Shown: one piece after another, positions 36,701 through 51,700 of the stretch
Numbering within the stretch: position 1 is the stretch's first letter
Layout: every line of letters starts with the position of its first letter
Assembly (NCBI GenBank): GCA_040954595.2
Contig: CM082597.2
Location: 1,532,886 to 1,596,885 of the forward strand
Direction of reading: 5' to 3'
DNA from: Balanoglossus misakiensis
Taxonomy: Eukaryota > Animalia > Hemichordata
DNA length: 64,000 nt
Notes under the pieces: model-generated
Databases searched by the model: none
Told to the model about the DNA's origin: nothing
Seen by the model: the letters and a program-made list of their open reading frames with translations, nothing else
Translations under genes and position numbers: made by a program

Positions 36701-39700
36701 TTGGAATAATTACTTTCTGTTGTCCAATGGCCTTGAGTTCCCAGCCAGGACGTCGCATGGTGGAGTGTATCAAAAATCGAGTGATAGATTCTGGATTTTT
36801 GGAGGTGAGTGTGACAATTGCATGTACATGTATAATGTCGGTCATGATGCAACAGAACAACTTAAGAAAACGCAGCCACACTTCACTGCTTGAAATCAAC
36901 AGAGGTTGCCATATAATATAATATGTATTGTATCTACGTTTCACAGGCTTTACGCTAAACACAGTACTGAACGATGTGATGTATTTTGACTTTGCCACCA
37001 ACGAGTGGACTGCTGTCTCCCCTGTTGGAAGTGACAGACCGGTAAGTGAAATGACTCACATCTCTCAGATCACACTATATGTTTTATCGTAAGCCTCTCT
37101 CTCACTTTCATTGGCACTATGGTCGACTACATCCTACTGTTGGCTATTCTCATTTGATGTTTACCATCACTCTGTACATGAAATGACAAAGTGATAATTA
37201 TTTTTATTTTATTTTTGACAATAGACTGGCCGGCATAGCATGAGAGTAGTTGCCTATGGCAACACTATGGTTGTGTTTGGTGGTATTCTTACAAACGAAG
37301 TTTTATCCAACGAGCTGTGGTCATTCGATCTGGACACTCACCGTTGGACGAGACTGGCTGAGTCCAGCACTTTACAGCCTCCTGGTCTGGCAGGCCACGC
37401 TGCTTGTCTGGTTGATGATAGGTTCTTGTATTCGTACGGAGGTGAGTTTGGACTTTCCCCTGGAGTGTGAAGAAAGGTGGGGGGGGGGGGGGGGGGGGGG
37501 TGTCGGTGATAAGTTTGGGTATATCATATACCATGCATAGTACAGTATCTTTGGTTCTCCAGTTTTGGTCACAGAGATTTTGTTTCTGTTCACAGGTCGA
37601 TCTGACAGTCAGCACTTCACTTCCGAAATGTACCGCATTGACCTGTCTGTTGGTTCCCAGTGGGAGCAAGTGGTCTATCGTGGTGGAACGCAATCCGTTT
37701 TGAAAGTCACCGGTCATTCCATGGTCTTCCATCCGGAATCTCGGAGTCTTATTGTGTACAGTGGATTCACAGCTGAACACGCACAGTACGTACAGTTGCA
37801 TGTCAAAATAACCAACAGATTTACTTCCTATTGGCATTATTTGGGTTATGTTTTTTGAGGAGATGTTTTCACCATGTACAAATCCCACTGATTCACCTTT
37901 TACAACCTTCCACTCTTCATAGACGTGAACATTCACTCCTTGGTCATATTCTGTACTTAGTAAATTGCGTCATTCTTTTGTGAAATTTCTTAGTTTTGTA
38001 CTACAATACTACAATAAAAAACGCAACTATAAAGTACTGGTAATATGCATTTGAGAGTGATATTCCTTCAGATCCTTTCTCGTCAACCTCGTACACCATC
38101 ATCTTGCAGATTTGGCAAAAGATCGAGTGACATGCATTTATTTCATGTGGATTATTGCTATTGGACTGAAGCGCACATTGGCACCAGTAACAGCCAAGCC
38201 CCAATTGAGAGAGCAGAACATACAGCTACTATAATGGGCAATTATATGGTGGTGTATGGTAAGTCCACTTATATGAAGAGTTTGATATTTAGTTGCTGTG
38301 TGTTGGAGCTGTGTAGTGTTGTCTTGTCTTGTCTTGTCTTGTGTTCCAGGAAATTCGCATGTAGCGAAAGTAAACATTAATGTAGTTATTTTTTGTTACA
38401 GGTGGGAACATTCACCAACATTACATCAATGAAATCTGTTACGATCATGGCATCTACTATTTTCATCTCGGATGCCTGACTTGGGTTTCTGCAGAGAGTC
38501 TCAAAGATGATTTCAAAGGTGAGAACACAAAGTTTGTTTCCTGGGCGGTGATCGTGAATGTGATGGAAAACCCTTCTTTGTTTTTGTTTCATGAATTTCA
38601 AAGTATGGTAGAACTTCCAGTATGGTTTTAACAGTAGAATTAATACAATTTTATTTTTAAATTCAGTTGATTCTTCTTGGATTACAAGATGAGTCCCAGA
38701 ACGTTTTTTTAATAAACAGGTTTCACTGTATATTTATTTCCTGCTGTTTTCATTTCTGCAGAGACGATCGTAGGAGCACACCAGCAAACCAGGGGCAGAT
38801 TCGGCCATGTGGCAGCTGTGCGTGGTGGCAGCACTCTGATCATATCCGGAGGTTTCAGTGGAACTGTTCTCCGGGATTTAGTGGCTTACAAAGTTCCCGG
38901 ATCAGTCGCTGTGAATTCCAACATCAGCAGTGATGGTCAGTCAGTCACTCAATGTCACAGGCACTTCAGGTGAGTACAGAGACATAGTTTATTTAATATT
39001 TAACTTGACATTATTTAATGAGGACAGCCTTGCAAACACTGAGAAGAGGTTAAGCCCTTGATTATATATTTTTTCTGCTTAATTTCAGTGAATTGTCGTG
39101 TAGAGTTGATCTAGAGTGTGGCTGGTGCCCGGAAAGCCTTGAAAGATGTGTTGATCGCGATGACAATGTGAGTACATGGTGTTTGCAATTACTGAAAAGT
39201 GATTCTTTTTTGACAAGATACAGGTCTACTAAATACAGGTACAATGGTGTTTTATATAACTGGTCCCTATGTTTGCTAAAACTTTGTCTGATTTCACTTT
39301 TATTGTAGGATTGTGAAGTGACAGTGAGTGTTGATACTTGTCCAGGCATGAACAGTGTGTTGGCTGATTGCAGAGCGTGTATGGCGTGGGGTGAGGGCGC
39401 ATTACAGCTACCCTCCACTCCGGTTGGAACAGTGCAACATGGACCGAGTGGTTGGTGTGTACAGGACATGATGTGTTACCCGAGACATGGTAAGGAATTA
39501 GTGATGGTCAAATCTGTTGGCAGATCTGTCTGTGTTTTCAAAGTTTAGATCTTGTTGAGGTCTGTTGTGAAATCTAGTTTTGCCGTCATCCCAGTCACAC
39601 AGTTCATCAAAATGTTCTTTAAAATCTGTAATGAAAAATATTTACCATGATCTGAAATGATTCCATATTATTTCAACAGATCCCCAAGGATATTGCGGAA

Positions 39701-42700
39701 GAACTGAACTTCCGGGATGGTGGGGTACAAATGGTACCTTCATCACGGAATTCCAGCAGTGCCGAGTTCTGGACAAACCGCCCGGAATGACATGGATCAA
39801 GTACACGGATCAGTTGGATATCAGTCATCCAGATGAGGTTGGTGTTAGGAATGAACTTTTTTTTTTCATCCCCTGCCCCTCCCCCTCAAGTGAGTCAATG
39901 TTAATGCCAGATTTAACCCTTTCACCCCTAGTTCCCTCTTTAGAGGTCCCACCTTACCATAGATAACAATAGGTTTGGACTGAACCATGGTGCTGAAAGG
40001 GTAAAACATCCAGCAGAGCGTTTGATAAAATACTCTACTCTTTCGCAGGTGTCCATTGTTCCAGAACTGAACAACAGGTTCGCATTCAAACAAACCACGT
40101 CCAAGGAACGACAGCTAGGTGGCAAATACGTGGCTGTATATAAGGGTCATATCCTTCCTACAGAAGCCGAGCCTTCAAATGGTGATGATCAAATCGAACT
40201 TTGGCTGGTCAGTTCTTTCTCCATCACTTCAGTTAACCTCAGCACAGACGCAACAGAAGAAAAACAGGAAAGAATTGCGTATGGATCTTGGGATAAACGA
40301 CAGGTCACAAAGGCAAACAGACCTGGCGGTGGTCTCTTTTTCCCAGATAAGTCCCGCGGCACGGCATACTCTCTGGAACAGGTGGCCAAGCAGAAAATCG
40401 CGCTTACAAACGACAAAGCACAGGTAGTCTCCCAGATGCAGCTCAACTGGAATGTCGGATTGACCGGAAGCATGGCACAAAAGGTAAAGTTCAACTTGCC
40501 CCCAGTAAATCGCCCATCAGAAATTCATTATTGAGAAAACACACAGTCAAACCTGTGTTAGTGGTCACCTCTATACAGTGGCCACTTTGTTACACTTCCT
40601 GTGCAATGTACATGTACATTAATTGACCTGTATTAAGGCCAGTTTAGGAAAGTCCCTTGACTGGCCATTACAGAAAGGTGGCCCTTATAGACAGGTCAAT
40701 TTATAGGCCACTATATAGAGGTGGCTTCTACCAGTAACACAGGCTTGACTGTACACAGGGGTCAGATAAACACTGAAAAGAAGGAAATAATGTGTACTGA
40801 ATTTATGTTTTTCTTGTTTTCTTTCACAGCCAATTAATGCATCGTATCTCAGACCCCACTTTACTAGCAATTGCCAACACCACAGCAATTGTCTTGCGTG
40901 TATGACTGACATGTCTTGTGGATGGTGCCCGACCAGCCAGACGTGTATTCTTCGTAGCGACACGAGCGGTGATGCCGATCACTGTGGTGTGACTGATGGA
41001 AGTCAGTATCTGATTATCAACGCGTCGCACTGTCGCAAATGTTCCTATTACACCAGTTGCCATTCTTGTACCGAGGTGAGAATCTCCACTCATTCAATGT
41101 ATACTTTTAACCCTTTCGTGCCCAGTTGCCTCTTTAGAGGTCCAACCATACCACAGAAAACAGTGGGTTTGGACTCAACCATGGTACTCTCCAGTACCAT
41201 ACTGTATGGTATGTGCATGGTTTAGTTACTGTGTGTACCAGGCAAAACAGGCTTAGCTTTTCACAGCCTTCCTCTGCACAGTAATTCGATCATTTTGTAT
41301 ATTCTCAATTTTACCAGGACTCATTTTGTGAATGGGTGTCTGATGATGCACGCTGCCTACACCGAGGAATATTACCCAAGAACCAGTATGAGACTATAGT
41401 CTCTCACCCTGACAACTGTACCATTCCCTGCTATCAGTAAGTTCCTAGGATTTTTATTTTATACTGCTTATTGTCAGTTACATGTTCATCTTCCTTCTAC
41501 TGTCTATGGTTGAGCTGAAGGGGAGCTCTGAGACAATTTCTGCATAAAAGTCAAAAGACTAAAAAAAGCTGAGATATTTATGTATGTCGCTGAGATAATT
41601 TGTGACAAATTCACTGAAATGTTTCAGTTTATTCAACATTGTAACAACTCCATTTTTGTTGCTAGGCGGACATTGTGTGCTGATTGCGTATCCGAACACA
41701 GTGAATGTGCTTGGTGTGAGAAGACACAGACCTGTTTTGCATTTGCTGCGTACATCAGTCATTACCCCTATGGCCAGTGCTCTCATTGGTTTATTAACAC
41801 AAACAGGTATGGCTCCTTAACTTGTTCTCGTTATTTGATACGGCAACCTGGGCTGAGATACCAATACTGTTAGGCAATCACTATGCATGTATATACAACA
41901 TCATCATCAAAAACACCATATTTCCAATTCAGTGTAAACTGAGTTCTCTCAACTTCATTTAATAGCTTTTCCATCTGTTGACTTATTTTGTGTGACAATA
42001 TTTACAGCCCGACGTACGGCCACAAAGTTTGTGTCAACTGTTCGGTGCATTCAACTTGTCAAGAGTGTCTCAGCTCATTTCAGTGTGGATGGTGTGGAAA
42101 TGTAGACAATCCAACCATAGGAACGTAAGTCACAAGACAATTTAAATACTACCACTTTTCTCCTTGTTAAACTCTGGGCTTGTTCGTCACCCATGTTTGA
42201 AAACACGATTGTTATTAAACCTTTTTGTATAGGCTGCTGTTTATGTCAAGTTCTAAGTTTCCATGGTAATATTGTGTCATCTTTTTGCAGTTGTCATGGT
42301 GGAGACTACAGTGGCCCCAGTTCCTCTGACACATGTCAACAGTTAGTGGGTGAAGTGCACAGCATATGGGAACCGTAAGTCATGCTTTGATTCGACATCT
42401 TTGTACGTTTTGTCCGTCTGTATATCGCCCCTAAAGGTTAAAGATAAGCCAATCCGAGTTAACTAAACAGCGTTATGGTTATAAATCTTCACAGAGCTGA
42501 GTGGTCTTACAGCACGTGCCCGGATGTGGAAGAGTGCCGACTGGGTCTGGATAATTGTCATCACAACGCAACATGTATTAATACACCTGGGAGTTTTGAG
42601 TGTCAGTGTAATAGAGGGTACAAAGGCGATGGTGTTTTGGATTGCACCCAGACGTAAGTGATAAATAGAATCTCGTACTCCCAAGGACCTGGGATCATAT

Positions 42701-45700
42701 TTTTCACACTAATTTGGGATTTTTTCGTATTAGAAACATTGAATAATTGACTGTGTAACTGTCTTCTGTCACGTTGTAGGGAAATGTCGGTGTAAGGGTT
42801 TAACTAGGTCTCTTCCATTCACAGGTGTGTCCATGACTGTAATCCCGGAAATTGCAGCGGTGAGCCCGAATTCGTCTGTATCTGCGACATCGGATGGACG
42901 GGACCGAACTGCGGCATGGACTGCGGTTGTAACAATCACAGCACTTGTGACTTGGGTGTTGGTATCTGTGATGAGTGTCAGCGTAAGTTGATCGCTTGGC
43001 GTAAACTTTCTTGAGGAACAGCATTTTTGCTCTGTGTCAAACGTTCTAGTGTGGCACGCACAGTCTCTATGGTTTACAGTGCAAAGTTAATTTCATCTTT
43101 GGAGAAACTGGGACCTTCACACATGTAAATAAAGGACCCAGTGTCACAGAAGAGTGAGAAAACATAAAGAATGGGTTTGTGTCTGTTTTGGGGAGACTCA
43201 CAGGCCTGAGGGGGACATAGAGGTATGCTGTTGCCCTCATGGCCAGTCAATATGTATATTGAACACTTTTTATCACTCTTCAGATTGGACCCAGGGAGAC
43301 TCGTGCGAGTTTTGCGAGCCGGGAAGTTTTGGCAACGCGACCACGTCAGAGGGTTGTCAAGAGTGTCAGTGTCACGGCCATGGCAACAAGACAGCTGACA
43401 ACTGCCACGTAGAGACAGGGAAATGTTATTGCATCAACAACACAGCAGGCGACCACTGTGAGGTGTGTGCAGATGGCTATTACGGAGATCCAAGGTGAGC
43501 TTACACTGTTACGTACCCATATCTGCAAATGGATTAGGCCAATCCCGTTGTTTTCAGTGGTAAAACTGGACTTGTGTTATCAAAATGGGGTGGACAGGGT
43601 GTGTGCCTGGCATGACGAACACATCAGCGGTCTATGATAGTAACTGCTATAGGTTTTCTTCCTGTGATGGAATGGTGGATGTCTACAGACAAATCACATT
43701 GAATTTCGCAGAAAAACACTAAAACTTTTTTATGATTTCAGGAATAATGGGAGGTGTTATCAATTATGTGATGGCCGCACTTTCATCAAGGATGCCATAT
43801 CTTCAGCGTTGGGTTCCCATGAAGGAGAAGGAATGATTGATAGTGACCATGCTTTCTGTCTGTGGATCATATCTGCGTCTAACGACTTGACCACACCAAA
43901 CCCTGCAGCTAGCATTGCCTTCACCATTGAAGAGACTATCGAAATAGAGTGCGAGGTATGTCTGTGTTCACCCCTCTTTCTTCATGGTTTGTACCATCTG
44001 GGTTTAGTGAATAATTGGAACATGGCCATACCATTGTATTGAGAGGGTGATACAGGGTCTAGCTAATTGCTTACTGTCATTTCATTTTTTTATTTCAGAA
44101 GAGTCATGTTTATGTGTATGACAATATCCCAGAATCCATCAGTGGTGACGTCAGCCAATTGGATTGGACGTTACTTGGCGCTTTCTGTGGGAGGGGACTG
44201 CAGCAACCAATCACAGTGGAGGCAACATCTGGTAAGTAGTTTGAGTTCACGGAAATGCTATTAAACCCTGGAGTTTTGTGTTATAAGTTGAGCTTCACTT
44301 GTTAGTGAAAATACTGTCAAAAACTGTGAATGCCATCTTTGTTGTTTTCTCCCAAAATCTGATAAACAATATTTTCCATTGCTGATGTTTCTTATTTTCT
44401 TTATGACAGGTATTTTAACGGTTGTGTTTGAAGCAAATGTGACAGACACTTCAAGTTTAATGGGCTTCACAGCAACATACAGAGTAAACCAGTGCGGGTC
44501 AGACTGTGGTGGTAATCGAGAATGCGTAGATGGCGAGTGCGTCTGTGTAGATGGCTTTGGCGGTGTGGACTGCAACAGTGAGATTTGTCCAGAGCTCTGT
44601 AGTGGTCATGGTACTTGCAACCAGGTAAGGGTCAGAGGTCAGCAGGGAGGGTGTTCTGTGGTGATCAGTGAAGGGATGGAAGTTTGGAAAGAGAGAGAGA
44701 GAGAGAGAGAGGCAGACAGACCAAGACATACACAAAGATAAGGGTATGTTGTTTGCCGCACAGAAATGCCTTGTGCAGTGTACACACTTTTGTCTCTTTA
44801 AACAGAAACCGTGACATTTGTTCATGCATCAATAAACATTGCAGATATAGGTTGACTGTATTGAAATTAAAACATTTAATTTTTTTTCTAGGATCTTGGG
44901 CTGTGCATCTGCAATGAGGGTTATGCAGGGCTGGCGTGTGAGGCTGCAGTGACCGACTACGACTTAGTCTGGACGTTGCTGCTTGACCCCTGGCTGCTCG
45001 GTGACCGTGGCAACACAAGCCAACAGTTGGCAAGGATGGGTCACACCATGGTTGCCGCGGACAACCAGTTATGGGTGTATGGGGGATACTCCCTGATGAA
45101 AGGCATTCTGGGAGATGTGTTCATGTAAGTATGCATACATGAATGATGTTATGTGGTGCTTGTATGTGTACCCTCTGTAGGGAAATATGTGATTCCCTAG
45201 ATTCAAGCTATCAATGTTGAGCGGATGAAAAATGTAAAGTATGACCAGAGCGACAACTATTATCGTTTCCTGTTTTGGGCTACCTCACATTCCCTTGGAG
45301 TACAGCCATATGTTGTTCCCTCACACCCAGGCAATAGGTGTATACTGTTGCATGGTGTTTGTTAAATCACTGTATCTGTGCGTGTTGTATAGGTATGATA
45401 TACACAGCCGGACATGGACAGAGCAGTCGACATATCACAGCAGTCAGGAACCGATGCCACGATACTTCCACGCAGCGACGTACACTTCACCCCAGACCAT
45501 GTTCGTACACGGTGGCATCACACCAAACGGCGTGGCTAGAGATTTCTGGCTTCTCAATCTGGACGAGAAAGAATGGACCAAAGTTGAGGTATGACGTTTT
45601 GTATGTCGCATCCTGAAAGAGGCGTGTGCTATGCACAACTGACCGTACTGGGGAGACAGCTGTATGCTGTTGCCCTCTTGTATACTCTCACAGGTTATTT

Positions 45701-48700
45701 GTTTTTTCGTATTTTTGTCGCAAGACATTTAATGAACATAATTTTATTTCACATCAGATTCCAGTAACTCTGCCTGCCATTGCCGGACACACCATGACAT
45801 TAGTCAACGATCGCTACTTGGTCGTCATCGGTGGCTACTCCCCTCAAGACGGGTTTTCAGACAAAGTGATTGAATACGACATTGAAGAAACGCAGTGGAA
45901 CTACTTAGGTGTATCAGGGACGCCCCCAACAGGCAAGGACATGGTTTCTTTTGTTTTTATGTACATTGCAATCTGGAATTGGCATCCCAACCCACTATAT
46001 GGGGGAACCCCCAAAAAGATAAAATATTTGAACAATGAATAACTTGTTCACGTCCATTTTTCCTTCCTGACAAATAATCTCGCTGTGATTTCTCCAACAG
46101 GAATATTTGGTCACACCAGCGTGTGGCACTCAGTGTCCAACTCCGTCTATGTCTTTGGTGGTTATGTCTTCCATATCGACAAAGTCTTCCCTTCGGATCG
46201 ACTCTACGCTTTTCATCACCCAACCAGAAAGTGGAGTCTCTTAGAAGCCACTCAGTACAACCAGGTATTGTGGTCGCTTGACTCTTGCAAATACTGATCA
46301 AGGCTGATTACACATACCAGTACATAGGCTAAAAAACTGGGCATTCAATTAATGCTTCAGGGATTTAAATGTGGAACTGTAGTTGATATCGTGAACAAAA
46401 AAGTACTAAAATAAAATTCTAGCTATTGGAGCTTTCATATACTCTTTGAAAGATTGGAATTAGAAAAAAAATTCTAGTTTAGAGCTTTGTTGCTAAATGT
46501 GCCTTTCACATTGACATTACAGCAGTCTCCTCACTACCTGCATGTTGCCATGACAACAGACCAATACATGATGGTACTAGGAGGTGCTACGGAGGAAGAG
46601 GATTTCTCCAACACAGTATTATTGTACAGATATGAGTGTAATCAGTGGATAGATCTGGATAATGAAGGTGAGTGATTTTTGACCACTCTGCTTTGACCAT
46701 AACAACCATACAGTACAGAATATAAAAGGAAAACTGAAAGAGCTTATGGAAAGTGTGAGGTAAACATGTCACGTTACTGACTTATGATGGAAACTTCCTT
46801 TTCAGAAATATCAGTGATCGGTGAACCAGTCAAGCCGTCCATTGGTTCAGCAGCGGTTGCCATGGGAACTGATATTTACATCATGGGTGGCTATGACGGG
46901 ACCACCCATGGTGCACTTGTACAGCTGACCTTGCCGGATGACCTTTGCGCCCTGTACGGCAGCGTTGATAGTTGTTTGAGAAGGGATGGTTGTGCAGCAT
47001 GTTTGGCGTATGATGGAGTCTCTCAGAGGAACATGACGTACTGTTACACTAATTCTCATCCAACTCCCACCAGGTAAGTGTACACAAGGGTAAAAATGAG
47101 TGCTTCTTGTTATGTATCGACAGGCATACTTTAGAACCTGTATTAGTAGCTACCTCGATATATTGGCCACCTCTATATATAGGGCCACTTTGTTACAGAC
47201 CTGTGATTTTGCAGTTTCTTGATTGTGATATTTTCATAAAATATTATTTTCAGGTGCACAGGATCAAATGTTGTCAATACCTACACAGACACCACAAGAT
47301 GTAACAGAGAAATAATTGAAAACAGAGACTGTAGAACATTTTCTTCTTGTAGTGAGTGCCTGGCCACCTATCCTGCCCACCCAGGTGCTCAAGTGGTGAG
47401 TATTCTATCAAGGATCTTTTTAACCTTGCATTCTAAAATTTTTACTGTACTTAAGATGCGGTTGCAATAACAAATGTCTAACTTTTGGGTATAGCACCCT
47501 CTACGTGTGTGTGTGTGTGCATACAAATCATAAGCCTGTTTTTGACTCTCAACAATTGTATCTATCCCCATCATAGTTATGTAAATGGTGTCATGGATGT
47601 TTAACTGGCCAATGCGTGGCTGTGGGACTTTCCTGCGATATTGAACATCCTTGTGAACCATCGCGCCCTGTGCAGTATAATCTGACTGATGTCGAACAGT
47701 GTCCAGAACTGAACTGTGAGGCTTCGGATTGCGACAAGTGTAAATTGACTGACGAATCAGGGTGTATGTGGACAAGGCAGATCAAGAGAGACAGTGAGTC
47801 TTCCTCTGTTGATTTTAAACCTGTTTCATACACAGACCAAAAAACTGAAAATAAAGCCAAAAGATACATCTAATGTCCCTTTAATCGCTTGATTGTCTTT
47901 TGTGTTCAGGCGAGACTAGGAGTACGTTGCATGGAACTCCCATCTACGACTGGAGTTGTTTCAGTACAACACTGGCCGATCTCGCCAATATGGATAGCCT
48001 GGAATCAGCACCTCCGGATGCCTGTCCGTCTCCGTGCCACAGTCACTATTCCTGCACGGATTGTCTTGGCTCGCACGGAGCAGACGGCGGCTGGCAGGAA
48101 TGCATCTGGAGTGATAATCTGGCAAGGGTAGGTGGAAGTATAGTAGTGTGTCAGGTTACACTTACAGTCCATTTTGTGACTATATAACTTGCCAAGAAAC
48201 TGTGATGAAAGAGGCTTGCATTTATTAAGAAGGATATATCTTTTTCAGTGCATGTCGCCAACATACATGGTTCTACAGTGCGCTAGTGGTGAGTGTGGTT
48301 ACATCGTGCGACACAACATCAATGGCTGTCCCCGGCCCTGCAGCCTCAACACAATGTGTTCCACCTGCCTCAACCAACCAGGATGTGGATGGTGCGCCCT
48401 CGCTGATGAGAACGGTGTTGGTGTGTGCATGTCCGGTGGTCTACATGGACCGGCCGAAGGAGGTTTCTGTACTTCTGGGAATGTTTCCTTGAAGGTTGAC
48501 CCGATGCCAGGTAAGGGACTGTATTCCATGGAGATTCCATGTACGGCACAAGGTTTCAAATCAAGCAGGATCAGCAAGTGTTTTCTGTGAATGGATTTGT
48601 TTGTATAGAAAGAGATATCAAGAAAATCTGAAATCTGACTTTTTTCACTGCAGCTGAAGTAGCTAACTACACTGTGGATCTGACAGGACCGCCATCTTGG

Positions 48701-51700
48701 TATTTCGACAAATGCCCTCCAGAAAACGAGTGTTTGAACGGACATCATGACTGTGCTGCCAATGAACAGTGCAATGATACTTTGGAGTCCTTCCATTGCG
48801 ACTGCAAGCCTGGCTATGAGAAAGATGCGTAAGTCAATGTCATGCCAACAACCTTGATTTTGGTGGCTTTCATTTTACACAGCCCAGAAATAAAAGGATA
48901 TATAATTCAATGCCTCTTGACCTTCAAATGTATCTACTTCTATAGAGCAGTGACACACCCCTACAGTTCACTGTCTAAATCCACCCACAAAAATGTTACC
49001 CATAAATATTCATCTATCATGATTTCAAAATGCTCAATTTCATCAACCTTAACCCTTTCACCCCCGGTTCCTTCTTTAGAGGTCCAACCTTACATATAAA
49101 ACAATGATTTTGGACTGAACCATGGTGGTAAAAGGGTTAAGTAATGGAGAAACCAGCATCATATTTTTCCCTTCTCTTTCAGGTACAATACAATGTGCAA
49201 GCCAGTATGCAGACAAGGTTGTGTATCAGGCGACTGTGTGGAACCAAATGTATGCAGTTGTCACTTTGGATATGTTGGTGATGACTGTGCCACTGCCTGC
49301 TTGTGTAACGGACACTCCAATTGCCCGAGTGTAGACAGGAGAGATGAATGTATTGAATGCCATAATAATACAATGGTAGGCTTTGCTTCAATCGGACTTT
49401 GTGAATTTGCATACTAGTTATAGCCAATACTACAGGTCTTCTTCACTCTAATGATTCAGTTAGTTGTACGTGTTGAACAATAAAACGAACGTAGTAACTG
49501 AGAAAGCGTCAACCCTAGCTGTAATTACATATATACTTCATCGAATACAAACTCACCATCTCCATCTGATCCAATTACAGGGCGATCAATGTCAACTGTG
49601 CAAACTTCTGTATGTTGGAAATCCCACTGAGGCCAAGGGATGCAGACCGTGTAGCGAGTTCTGCAACGGCAACACTGATATCTGCATGTCCAGAGAAGAC
49701 CGCAACAGAACAATGTATTCTTTGGGTGATGTGTCCAATGTCACCCCAGAAAACGTAAGCTACTTTACCCTACAGTTGAACCTGAAGGGACTTCACTAAA
49801 CTAGACTTTATAGACAGGTGGCCTTTATAGACAGGTCAATTGTATACAGGTGGCCACTAACACAGGTTTCACTGAGTTAGAAATGGTTGCTCAGTTCAGC
49901 AATGGGAACATTTTTCTGAATGTGTTGATGTTTGTGTGTGCTAGTGTATATGCTGTTGTTGTCCCCCCAAAAAATAATTCTGTCAAAAACCATTCATACT
50001 TGAAATAATTGAAGTGGAGGATTGAGTTGCATTTTTTCTCTGAAGAATTGTTTTTATTTTTTGTCATTTGTAGGTATTAACGTTGGGGGCAATGGGTGTA
50101 ATATCCAGAGCAGGACCTGTGATTGATGCTGTTTGTCTGGGATGCAAAAATTACAGTGAGGGTGACATGTGTGAGACATGCATTGATGGTTACTTCAAAC
50201 TAGAGCAAAGCTGTGTGAGGTAGGTTAGGTGTTCGGAACACCAGAGTCAGATGTGAATTAACATGATTCTTAAAGAGGAAGGGGTGGTATAAATAAGGAC
50301 ATCATGACAACCGTAGCAAGAATGAATGATGTTCCTGTAATGAGCATTATAGCAGTTTGACTATTGTTGTCGACTAAGTTTCTAGTAAGGAAATGTATGT
50401 GGGTTCAAAAATACAGAGTTAACCTATTCGCCAACATGGTTTGACCCAAATCCATTGTTTTCTATGGTAAAGTTGGATCTGTAAAGAGAGAATCAGGGAT
50501 GAAAGGGTGTCACCCGTTTTTGTTCCCTGCAGGTGTCAATGTAATGGACATTGGGACAGATGTGACAAGGAAACAGGTGTGGGCTGCGATTGCCGGAACA
50601 ACACCAAGAACGACTGCCAAAGTCCGGATGACGATGACTGTTGGAAAGAGCAATGCACAGCTTGTGAAGAGCTGTACACAGGGCGACCAACTGATGGACA
50701 CCAGTGCTATCGGATCATGCAGTTTGATTACGAATACTGCTTTGATCCCATCACGCAGAACAGTGAGTGCAGACTGTCATGTTATGGTGCATGATTGGTC
50801 GAGTTGAAAGCATTATCATCACCTTAATTGGTTGACTTTTGTGTTCTGATTTAGGGTTATTATGATCAGTATTAAAAAAGTGCACCATCTAATGGTTATT
50901 CGAAAACATGTCCTTTTTCCCATATATGGACATATTTTAATTAGAAGTTATCATATACATGTACCTGTGCACATTCTAGATTGATACATGGCTGAGCTAT
51001 TTCTTCTACTCATTGACTTAACCTCTCTTCTCTCATGACAGATTGCCTGGGAACACCTCAGCCATTGCTTCAAAGTCGGACCGTGTTCTTCGCTATTCAG
51101 CCTAAATACACTAATGTGGACATCAGACTGACTGTGGACATAACAGATGGTGCTTTGGATGTGTATTTGTCCTACATGGACAACACGTGGGTTATTGATG
51201 TCGACAGCGAGACTGGGGTCCACTCTGTTCGCATTGACCCTTTGCAGGAGTGGGAACACAGCCGTCGGAAGCGGTCGTCGTACCGCAGATATACTCGCGA
51301 AACCGCAACAGCAATTCCGGCTCTGACAACAGTTTTGCCGACGCAAGAAAACGTGGTGAACGAATTACAAGAAGTGCACGCAGATGGACTCAACACATTT
51401 GTCACACTGATAAATCCTCACACTTTCCTGGTCGTCTATAATTTACAAAACAGACTGGTAGTCACTCTACCTTACATGGACCACGAGCTACAGACTCGTA
51501 AATTTTACGTTGTTCTCCTGAGCCGGAATAACGGTTTACGGAATGAAACCTATGGAATCTTATATTTCCGGCAGGACCAACCGCACATTAACTTATTCGT
51601 CTTCTTCTCCGTGTTCTTCTCCTGTTTCTTCCTGTTTCTTGCTCTGTGTGTGATTGTCTGGAAAATCAAACTTTTCTTTGACGGGCGTCGAGATCGTCGG

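Noticed and set aside
37289-37936. 215-aa minus-strand ORF and similar antisense ORFs across MEGF8 and MRE11
   Set aside because: Shadow frames of sense exons and introns; the poly-Pro comes from the intronic poly-G tract.
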